NCBI GenBank assembly: GCA_038889235.1
Contig: JAWAHN010000001.1
Span: 1 to 32,000 of the forward strand
Reading direction: 5' to 3'
DNA from: Candidatus Jordarchaeales archaeon
GTDB lineage: Archaea > Asgardarchaeota > Jordiarchaeia > Jordiarchaeales > Freyrarchaeaceae
DNA: 32,000 bases
Shown here: positions 17,828 to 25,830 of the stretch, in pieces
Layout: every line of letters begins with the position of its first letter
Position numbering within the stretch: position 1 is the stretch's first letter
The notes under the pieces: generated by a model
What the model saw: the letters and a program-made list of their open reading frames with translations, nothing else
Database searches by the model: none
What the model was told of the DNA's origin: nothing
Made by a program: the position numbers and the translations under genes

Positions 17828-19039
17828 ACTAAAATGCGGGAAACATTTCACCCTTTTTTCTTCAAAAATTGCTCCACCTTCTGCTTTTAGCTTCTCCCAA
17901 ATGACGACACTGCCACCTCCTACTCTACCCACCTCACTGTTTAGGCTCAGTTCCCCCTGATTTTCACATGTTTTTGCAGAATGCTTGAAGGTTTATTGGG
18001 TTGCAAGCGTTCAGGGGCAACTTTTACTAGTAGGCAGCTTTCTGCTTCTGCGCCCCACTCAGTTTCCCTTTATCCTTTTAATCACATGGACTTTACCTGC
18101 GTGAGGAATTCAGCCCCCTCAGTGCAGCTTCCAAAAGTCTCCGCTTGAACGGCTTTTCATGCAATGACGATTTTCACTAAAAGTTAGTGAAATACATATG
18201 CTTCCAACCAGAACCACTCAAATAACTAAGACCTAAAAAAGCGGAGAAGAAGCACTAGGGGACAAAAGGTTCTCGAATTCTTTAAGCAAAAAATTAACTT
18301 CCTTTTTCTTAAAGAAGTTAGTCCAGCGAAAAACGGTGGGAGGGGGTATTGTGGATAAATGGGTAAAAGTTTATGGGGGCGAGCTAGGGTTTAAAGGGAA
18401 GGAAATTCCTTTGTCGAGCTCGCCTCCCCCTAAAATTTTCTCTTTTTAAAAGGGCACTTTGATACTCGTATTTTTCGCATGGAGTTCTCTCTTGTGATTA
18501 CTAGTAAGTGGCTTTTCCGTTGCAGCCATGGGCACCCTTACGTACCTATGATTTGCACGCGCATCGCTCCTAGGTTAACGCTTCATTGAGCCCCTCAGCA
18601 ATATTAACGAGCCCATTGGAGGATCCATATAAGGGGGCTTTTTCACTGCGAACCTGCCATGCTTTGACGCCTTTCCTGTGTGGCAGGTTTATGACTGCTC
18701 CATTGGTGGAAGAGTGAGACGGATGGTGTAAGTTTTTAGAAGTCGGCTAGGTCTTCTGAGTTGGCCTTAAACTGTCACTTAGCCCTCTAGGGTGGTGGGG
18801 CCGCCGCAAGCAAAACTACGGCTAATTTAGAAGTTTCGTATTTTAAGTTGATGAGGCACTATGGTGGTTGCTTCCTTCGCGGCACGAACATATTTTATGT
18901 TGTAGTGCAGTTTTCTCTAGCCTTTGGCCGGGGGGCATTAACACTGTCTCCAAGCACCTAAAGAGGACTGGTGAGGGCTAAACTGGCGGTTTTCGTGCCG
19001 CGTGCCGTCGAGCCCGGCCTCTTTAGGACCCTTTCTTTT
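17828..19039. other. 1.2-kb region without long ORFs, rich in inverted repeats (candidate structured RNA or cis-acting DNA site)
   Basis: No ORF of 60 aa or more in the track. Perfect stems at 18172/18184 (9 bp), 18295/18314 (7 bp), 18378/18417 (8 bp), 18651/18681 (9 bp), 18878/18992 (11 bp) and 18957/19018 (10 bp). Confidence 0.5.
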
Positions 19040-19651
19040 TTAGAAACCCATTTCGAGCATTGTTAAGAGAACTTCGCTCGGGTGGAGCTCTAGGTTTTCC
19101 ACTTCGATTTCCACTATTTTTCTGAGTTTAACCTCTTCGCCGCTTACTATTTCTGCTATTTTCGCGTCGGCGAGCTGTTGACAGAGCTGCACCACCCTCC
19201 ACCTTTCAAGCCCCAACGTTCTAGCTATGGTTGTAAAGGACAAGTGTTGACCCTTCTTGTGGGCGTCGAGGAGCATGTCGTATATCTCTGCCCTCTTTTC
19301 GTGCGAGAGGGCGAAGCCCAGCGTTGCTGCTTCGTCCGCCGACATGTCGTCTAGAGTTTTCACCGACCCGTCTTCAACGTCGATAAGCTTGATTTTCAGT
19401 TTCTTATTCAAGAAGAAAACTACTCCTAGGTGGACGGCTTTGAGAACGCCTCCCAGACTAGGCTTGGACAGAAACCTGAGCTGGTCGTAGACATACTTGG
19501 ATGACTTGCCAGTCTTTTTCTTCATCCAGTTGGGGTTAACCACTTTCTTGTCGAACACTTCCTTCAGTATTTCCACTCTTGTCGGATGCGCTAGGGCCTT
19601 GAAGTACGGCACAGCGTTTTTCATGGAGTCGGTCAACAAGCACACCTCCAC
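19040..19651 (-). CDS. tandem winged helix-turn-helix protein (two ArsR-like repeats)
   Basis: Two related segments, FKALAHPTRVEILKEV and GFALSHEKRAEIYDML, each followed by an HTH and beta-wing. The GTG start shares 1 nt with the upstream TAG; a start a few codons later is also possible. Confidence 0.8.
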   Translation of the reverse strand: MEVCLLTDSMKNAVPYFKALAHPTRVEILKEVFDKKVVNPNWMKKKTGKSSKYVYDQLRFLSKPSLGGVLKAVHLGVVFFLNKKLKIKLIDVEDGSVKTLDDMSADEAATLGFALSHEKRAEIYDMLLDAHKKGQHLSFTTIARTLGLERWRVVQLCQQLADAKIAEIVSGEEVKLRKIVEIEVENLELHPSEVLLTMLEMGF

Positions 19652-22164
19652 TAGAGTGGTTCAACAGTTAAGGGGCCGGGCTTTGAGAAGATGAAGCCCG
19701 GCTGGAGGCAGTTCATTTCTCGAAGAACGTTTGCAAGGTTTAGTGCGGTCTCCTCGTCTATGGGGACGTCGAGCACTAGGAAGCGCTTCTTTTTCCTTCC
19801 ACTCCAGGCGCCGAAGAGCCCCGATATCAGTGAGAGGAGAGAGATGAATTCTCCGTCGCTCAGAGTGTGAATCTTTTGGGAGACACGTCTCCCGAGGACC
19901 AGTCGTTCCAGGACGCCTACGTCGACGTGGAAGTCCTTTATCCCAAGGATCTCGCCGATTTTCGGCAGGTCTTTGGAGAGCATGTTGAAGAACTCCCTTT
20001 TGGCATTGTCCTCTGTCCGGCTTAGGAAGCCCGCCACGATATCTGCGAGCTTGGCGCACCTCTCCACTGACGCTACGCGACTCTCCCGCTTTTCAATTTC
20101 CCTCGAGAGCGTGAGGAAGCGCTCCGCTTTGACCTCAAGCTCCTTGATCCGGTCCTCAAGGTTCTTCTTTGAAGCCTTAATCTGACTGACCTTCCTCTTA
20201 AGCTCAGCAGCCTCCTTCTTCACTTCCTCGTAGTTTTCTGTGGCGTACTGCTGCTTCAAGGACTCGAGCTTCCGCTCCTCTTCTTCAAGGTCCTTTCTCA
20301 TTTTTGCAGCTTTCTCACGCATATCCGCCAGCTGCGCTTCAGCACTTACTATCCTAGCCCTCAGAGACTCGATAACCCTTAAGCCTTCATCCCTCTCCCT
20401 TTTCGCCTTCTCAAGCTCACTCCTCAGCTTGAACCGCTCCTTTTCAAGCTCTTTTGCTGCCTCGTCGAGACCCCCAAGCTTCATCCTAACGGCGTCAAGC
20501 CTTAACTCGTATGTTTTTAACTCCTCCTCAGCCTCCTGAACCCTCCTCCTCAACTCGTTCACTTCTAGCTCCTTGCTCTTAACGGAGGCGCTGAGCTCAA
20601 CGTAACTCCTTTGAAGCTCTATCGCCTTGTCCACCTCCCTCAATATGTCTTGCAGCTCCTTCTGCCTGAACTGCAAGCTCCTAAGCTTCCTCTCAATCTC
20701 TCCTATGTGGCTTTCCAGCTCCTTGACTTCCCTTGAAAGGTTGACTGTTTCAGCGTGGCATAGGGGACAGAAACCTTTCTTCTCAAGCCAGCACTTGAAG
20801 TCCCGGAGGAAACGCGCCTCGGACGATAAGGAGCCTATGAATGGCTTAACGGATCTCTCGAGCTCGTCAGAGAGGCGCTCTCTGAGGGAGACGAGTGACA
20901 TGGTGTCGCTTATCTGTTCGGGGAGCTCAGCCACTTTAGCTCTGAGAGAGGCGTAAGAGTTGACGATCCTCTGAAGAGATATCATGTCCTTGTTCAGGTT
21001 AAACTCCTTGACGCGTAGCTGCTCCCTTAAATTCTCCAGCTCCGGCTTGAGACGGGATATGGCTTCGACAAGCTGCTTCTCCCTTTCAATGTAAACCCCC
21101 TTATCTTCCAAGGGTGTTTCCTTAGAGAGCTCAGCATCCACCACTTCCATTTTCCTACTGAGGGAGACTATCTCCTCTTCAGCGCTCCTAACCCTCTCCT
21201 CAGCCCTCTTGAGGTCGCCCTTCAACAACTCTACTTCTTTCTCGAGCTGGGCGACCCTCCTCGCCACGTCTTCAAACGTCTTCCTCATGAGGTCTACCTG
21301 TTCTTCCTTCACTCTGATGCTGTTAGCGAGGTTTTCCAGGCTAGACTTCTTAGCTTCAAGCTCCTCTATCCTAGCTGAGAGAGAAAGCTGCTCTTTCTCC
21401 ATGGAAATAATTTTCTCTCTGAGCTCGCCCGCCTCCCTTGCAAGTTTCGACGTAAGACCTAGGAAGGCTGCCTTAAGCTGGCTGACGTACTCTGAAAGGC
21501 TGCCTCCCCTGCTGGGAGAGGGCACGCCCTCCTCTGACAAGTACTCCTCGAAGCTCGTAACTTCGCTCTCAAGCTCTTCAAGCCGCATTTTTAGGCTCGT
21601 CCTCAGCGATTCTATGTCGCTTCTAAGCTGTTCAAGCAGGTCGAGGTAGGTTAGAGACCTCACCTTCTCTTTGAGCTGCTGGTAGCTCTTCTCCAGGTCG
21701 CCTCTTAGGATGAACACGTCCTTAATGTTACCTAGCACGGTCTCACCGGTGAACTTCTCGAGGAATGCTTCGACATCCCTGCCCTCAGCCAGAATCTCTC
21801 CTGTCTCCGGGTTCACCACGCGGCTCTCGACGTAGACCGCGCCATCCGGGGAGCGGGAAACCCTTCTGATCACCCTGATGAGTCTCAGCTCGCTGCTCGA
21901 AGGATTTGCAAGCTCGAGCTCAACTACACCGGTGTCCCCGGCAAGGTAGTCTTCGACTATTTTGACGTCTCCGACTATGCCGAAGAGTATGAGACGTGCC
22001 GTGGAGGTTTTGCCCGCCCCCATGCGGCCGGATATCTTGAAGGGGCCTCTAGGGAACGTGTACCACTTCGCTGGCTCATCGAAGCCGCTAAAACCTGCCA
22101 CACGGAAGCCGTTAATGAATACTCCATCTTCTACTTGAACGTCGGCATGCGGTCTTTCAACCAA
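19651..22164 (-). CDS. Rad50/SbcC-like SMC-superfamily coiled-coil protein with zinc hook and degenerate ATPase head
   Basis: N-terminal Walker A ISGRMGAGKTS, two long heptad coiled-coil arms flanking a central CPLC (aa 466-469, nt 20769-20758), and C-terminal LSDGE and FLVLDVP. TTG start with a GAGGTG RBS. Confidence 0.9.
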   Translation of the reverse strand: MVERPHADVQVEDGVFINGFRVAGFSGFDEPAKWYTFPRGPFKISGRMGAGKTSTARLILFGIVGDVKIVEDYLAGDTGVVELELANPSSSELRLIRVIRRVSRSPDGAVYVESRVVNPETGEILAEGRDVEAFLEKFTGETVLGNIKDVFILRGDLEKSYQQLKEKVRSLTYLDLLEQLRSDIESLRTSLKMRLEELESEVTSFEEYLSEEGVPSPSRGGSLSEYVSQLKAAFLGLTSKLAREAGELREKIISMEKEQLSLSARIEELEAKKSSLENLANSIRVKEEQVDLMRKTFEDVARRVAQLEKEVELLKGDLKRAEERVRSAEEEIVSLSRKMEVVDAELSKETPLEDKGVYIEREKQLVEAISRLKPELENLREQLRVKEFNLNKDMISLQRIVNSYASLRAKVAELPEQISDTMSLVSLRERLSDELERSVKPFIGSLSSEARFLRDFKCWLEKKGFCPLCHAETVNLSREVKELESHIGEIERKLRSLQFRQKELQDILREVDKAIELQRSYVELSASVKSKELEVNELRRRVQEAEEELKTYELRLDAVRMKLGGLDEAAKELEKERFKLRSELEKAKRERDEGLRVIESLRARIVSAEAQLADMREKAAKMRKDLEEEERKLESLKQQYATENYEEVKKEAAELKRKVSQIKASKKNLEDRIKELEVKAERFLTLSREIEKRESRVASVERCAKLADIVAGFLSRTEDNAKREFFNMLSKDLPKIGEILGIKDFHVDVGVLERLVLGRRVSQKIHTLSDGEFISLLSLISGLFGAWSGRKKKRFLVLDVPIDEETALNLANVLREMNCLQPGFIFSKPGPLTVEPL

Positions 22165-22361
22165 TATTGCGACACCTCAGTCATTAGCATTGAAGGAAAA
22201 ACGAGACTGCGAGCGCGCGTCGTTGCCTTAAGGTCCTCAGTTTTTTCACAATTTCCGTGAGAAAGAGGAAGGGGATGAGATATAAACTTATCGTGAAATA
22301 GCCTCGCGGGCAGCGAGGTTAGGGCTTCCGGAAGATAAATAAAGTCTCATGATCAAATATT

Positions 22362-22610
22362 TTGTGCGCTTGGGGGGTAGAATTGACAGGACTTAAGCTA
22401 GTCGAGAAGAGGTTTCCTCGCAACGACGAAGTCATATGGCATGACGACAGTGTGAAGGAGGCTATCAGTAGACTTGAGAAGGGAGAGGATGTATGGGTTT
22501 GCTCGAGGAAGCTATCGCTCCTAATAAAGATGTACGGCAAAAGAGTGGTGGTGGAACCTTTAAGCTGGAAGAGGAAGATGATCTTTAAGGTGTCCCGTGC
22601 CGAATCCTAG
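22362..22610 (+). CDS. small hypothetical protein (75-82 aa), divergent from the SMC-like gene
   Basis: Protein-like composition and codon usage. The real start may be TTG 22383 after GGGGGGTAG. Converges on the U32 gene stop. Confidence 0.6.
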   Translation: MCAWGVELTGLKLVEKRFPRNDEVIWHDDSVKEAISRLEKGEDVWVCSRKLSLLIKMYGKRVVVEPLSWKRKMIFKVSRAES

Positions 22611-22627
22611 GGCACGGCCTCCATTGG

Positions 22628-24901
22628 TTAGGCGACACCTCTGAAGAAGTGCCCTCTTGTGAGGGGGGATAGCTTCCTCAGCCTTTCCTTGAGTGGTGAC
22701 GGATCCTCGCCGTCTAAGGCGGACCGGTACGCTCTAACGACTTCTTCTACGTAGCTTGAACTCCTTGCTCGGCAGTCCAATCTAACGACGTTAATGCCTG
22801 CTTCAGCCAGCTTTCCAAGGGCGTCTATCATGCAAAGGTCTCTTGAGTTGAGGACGTGCATTCTGCAGTTTTGGTCGAATGCTAAGGGGAAGCGGAACCC
22901 CCTTTCGTCCTCAATGAACAGAGATAGCTTGAAGCATGGCCTATCGCACCTCCCTTCAGGGTGAAAGACGCTCCTAGCGGTGCAGTGCTCTGAGACCATA
23001 AGCTCCAGCAACCCGTGGGCGAGGCATTCAACCTCCACGCCCCCCTTGCGCATCGACGAGATCTGCTTGAGTGTGAGTTCCGGGCTTAGCGTAACCCCTC
23101 TAATCCCCAAGCGTCTAAGCACGCTTAAGGAGACGGAGTTCGTTATGTTTAGGAAGTAGTCCGCATATACGGGGGCGACCGACGCTTCAAGTAACAAGTT
23201 AAGTGTGCCGTAGTTGCCTGCGATTACACCGTCGGGCTTAAGCGCCGCTAAATCCTTTAGGGAGGACGAAATTGAGGCGACATCGCTGTTCCGCGTTATT
23301 CTCGGAGTGGATAGCATAAACTCAGCACCGTGATCCCTGCAGTAATCCCTGCCCTCGCCGAGCTCTTCAAAACTCAAGGGGGAGCGGGGCTTGAAGTAGT
23401 CTCCTCCTATGACGACGCGGTCCGCTCCGTAGTCGACAGCTAGTTTGAGCAGCTCTAGGCAGTCGACACGCACGGATAGTTTAAGCTGACCGCTGCTTGT
23501 GGATGCGTCTGGAAACCGGTCGGGGGTGTGGGGGAAGGCAAGGGGTCCTTTCCCAGTGTCCCAGTGAGCTGTGAGGAGCCGAGCATCTTTACCGTCGGTG
23601 CCCCCCGGAGCATGGGGGCTTCTTAGGGATTGGTTGGAGCACCATTGTGTTGTACGACCGGCGGAGCCAGCCATTTTACAGCCAGCTTTCTCTAGAATGC
23701 GCTCGACCCAGCTGACTACTTGGGAGTCACGTGTCCTGTAAACTTTACAGCCTACGTGTGCCTCCCCGTCGAACGGCATACTTACGGTCTCGCCCGCCTC
23801 CGCGCGCTCGACCCGCCCATGCTTGGTGAGTATTTCGCTCACGATGAAGCCCGTCTTCCCCCATTCCCCGACTATTTCTAAGCCATCCCCGACACGTAGC
23901 TCCCTTGAGAGGCGCACTTTCAAGACACCCTTCTTGAGACCTGTAACCACGCCAACCTCGACGCCCACGTTGTCTGGTCTCTCGTAGTTCATCAGCTCTC
24001 TTCCAGGGTTGCCGTCCAGGTAGCCCTCGGTGAACCCCCTGTTGAAAACCGACATAAGCCTCTCCACGGCTCCTCTCTCAGGTGCCTTGCCCTTGAGAGC
24101 CCTCTCCAGTGCACGCTTGTAAACGTCAACAACGACCGCAACGTACTCCGGTCGCCTCATCCTACCCTCTATCTTGAGGCCGTTAACGCCCGCGTCCACG
24201 AGGTCGCGCAAACGGTTGACTAGGCACAGATCCTTAGTGCTGAGCAGGTGGCCTTCAGCGAGCACCCTCCCCGACTGATCGATTAGCTTGTAGCGCTTGC
24301 GGCACGGCTGAGCGCACCTACCCCTGTTCCCACTCCTCCCCCCTATTATGCTGCTCATGAGGCAGGCTCCTGAATAGGAGAAGCATAGGGCTCCGTGGAC
24401 GAACACTTCCAGCCACATGTCCGTAGTCGACCTAATTTTCCGGATCTCCCCCAGCGAAAGCTCCCGTGCAAGTATGACCCCGTGCGCTCCAAGCTTTTCA
24501 AGAAACTTGGCGGCCTCAGCGTTGTGGGTTGTTGTCTGCGTGCTCGCTATCAGCTTCAGTCCCTGCAAGCGTTTTCCCATCTCTAACACTGCTAGATCCT
24601 GGAATATGATGGCGTCCGCTCCTGCCCTGTGAAGCTCTTCAAGGTGGTGGGCGACCTCGCCGAGTTCCTCGTCGAATACCAGCGTGTTAACAGTGACGTA
24701 GACTTCGACACCGCGTGTATGAGCGTACCTTACGGCCTCCTTTATCTCTTCCATTGTGAAGTTTTCAGCGTACTGCCTTGCATTGAAAGACTTTCCACCA
24801 AGGTAGACCACGTCCGCTCCACACTCCACCGCTGCAAGGAAAGACTTCCACTCGCCTGCCGGAGCTAGGATCTTTGGCCGCATGAACCACCGTTCCTCCA
24901 A
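22628..24901 (-). CDS. U32 family protein, long two-domain form (RlhA/TrhP-like Fe-S RNA hydroxylase)
   Basis: Motifs GADVVYLGG, FVHGALCFSYSGAC...NRGRCAQPCR (four cluster Cys) and LKIEGRM. These are followed by a beta-barrel and a second degenerate U32-like domain (LSPEL, LMVSEHC, HVLNS). Confidence 0.92.
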   Translation of the reverse strand: MEERWFMRPKILAPAGEWKSFLAAVECGADVVYLGGKSFNARQYAENFTMEEIKEAVRYAHTRGVEVYVTVNTLVFDEELGEVAHHLEELHRAGADAIIFQDLAVLEMGKRLQGLKLIASTQTTTHNAEAAKFLEKLGAHGVILARELSLGEIRKIRSTTDMWLEVFVHGALCFSYSGACLMSSIIGGRSGNRGRCAQPCRKRYKLIDQSGRVLAEGHLLSTKDLCLVNRLRDLVDAGVNGLKIEGRMRRPEYVAVVVDVYKRALERALKGKAPERGAVERLMSVFNRGFTEGYLDGNPGRELMNYERPDNVGVEVGVVTGLKKGVLKVRLSRELRVGDGLEIVGEWGKTGFIVSEILTKHGRVERAEAGETVSMPFDGEAHVGCKVYRTRDSQVVSWVERILEKAGCKMAGSAGRTTQWCSNQSLRSPHAPGGTDGKDARLLTAHWDTGKGPLAFPHTPDRFPDASTSSGQLKLSVRVDCLELLKLAVDYGADRVVIGGDYFKPRSPLSFEELGEGRDYCRDHGAEFMLSTPRITRNSDVASISSSLKDLAALKPDGVIAGNYGTLNLLLEASVAPVYADYFLNITNSVSLSVLRRLGIRGVTLSPELTLKQISSMRKGGVEVECLAHGLLELMVSEHCTARSVFHPEGRCDRPCFKLSLFIEDERGFRFPLAFDQNCRMHVLNSRDLCMIDALGKLAEAGINVVRLDCRARSSSYVEEVVRAYRSALDGEDPSPLKERLRKLSPLTRGHFFRGVA

Positions 24902-25009
24902 GGAAAGCGTGGGATGGAAAACCTAAAACGCTTGCTCCAACCATCCTGGAGCGGCTAGCAACCTTTATAAGCGTCCACTCACGTCTAACCTCGATAAGAT
25001 TGGTGAAGG

Positions 25010-25465
25010 GTGGGTTTTTTGAGCAAGTACCTTTCTCCCCCCAGTAAAGCCGACGCTGAGCTCTTCGAAAAGATGCTTAAGAACGTTGGGGTTGAAGAGT
25101 TCCTGGACGCTGCGAGGAGCGCCGCCGACTCGGTGAGTGCAAGGCTCAAGGAAGGAGACATGAAGGGGGCCGCCGAGTACGTGTTTGACATGGTGGTTCA
25201 GTCGCTCATGGTGAACGAGCTCGAAGCCCCAAGGAAGGTTATAGATTTGCTTAAGAAGAGAGGGGATAGGTTCAGGGAGCTTGTTGATAACCCGGTCTTC
25301 AAGGTGAGCGACGAGCTGTTGGCGTCATTCGAGAAAAAAGATGTGAAGCTCTTCGCCGACGCTATGAGCAAGGTGGAGAGCGAGGTAATGGGAAAAACAA
25401 GCCTCGACATCAGGTTCTCCATAGTTAAGGACATACACTGTGCTTTTTACAAGTATGCCCGCTAA
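25010..25465 (+). CDS. hypothetical helical protein (151 aa)
   Basis: Clean ORF with host-like codon usage and a TATA-like CCTTTATAAG at about 24962. Its stop overlaps the convergent gene's stop. Confidence 0.75.
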   Translation: MGFLSKYLSPPSKADAELFEKMLKNVGVEEFLDAARSAADSVSARLKEGDMKGAAEYVFDMVVQSLMVNELEAPRKVIDLLKKRGDRFRELVDNPVFKVSDELLASFEKKDVKLFADAMSKVESEVMGKTSLDIRFSIVKDIHCAFYKYAR

Positions 25466-25824
25466 CCAGTCAGCTCGCTTTCCTCTTTACACTCCTCCCT
25501 CTCCTTCTTTGAAAGGTAGAGAGATACTATAAAGAGGCTCTGAAGAAAGAGAAGGGTCAGGATCAAGGCAACCCCGACGAGCACTTGGACCTTTAACGGA
25601 ACGGGGTAGAACTCAGGGGGAACGAACCTGGCCCACCAGTTGGATAGGAAAAAGGTGTTGACGGTGACCGCACCTATCACTATGAAGTAAACGAGGTACC
25701 CTACGGCTAGCTGAGTTTTAAGGATCCTGCCGGCTAGTCTAGCCCACTTTCCCAAGGCCAAACACGAAACCCTCCTGTTTTCAGGGCGGTTGAGGAGTGA
25801 GATCCGTAGTCTGGCCCTTTCCAA
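25462..25824 (-). CDS. hypothetical membrane protein with two predicted TM helices
   Basis: Hydrophobic stretches LAVGYLVYFIVIGAVTVNTFFL and VLVGVALILTLLFLQSLFIVSLYL. Starts just after the phosphoesterase stop. Confidence 0.7.
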   Translation of the reverse strand: MERARLRISLLNRPENRRVSCLALGKWARLAGRILKTQLAVGYLVYFIVIGAVTVNTFFLSNWWARFVPPEFYPVPLKVQVLVGVALILTLLFLQSLFIVSLYLSKKEREECKEESELTG

Positions 25825-25830
25825 GAGAGG

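Noticed and set aside
18350-18358. Perfect DnaA box (TTATCCACA on the - strand)
   Set aside because: It is a single copy, the genome is archaeal, and about 0.25 copies are expected by chance in 32 kb on both strands.
18957-19027. The 3' hairpin as a SECIS element
   Set aside because: Neither upstream ORF has an in-frame TGA, and I could not match a SECIS core with confidence.
24782-24789. ATTGAAAG as an isolated CRISPR repeat or mini-array
   Set aside because: Only 8 nt match, inside the U32 coding sequence, with no hairpin or second copy.
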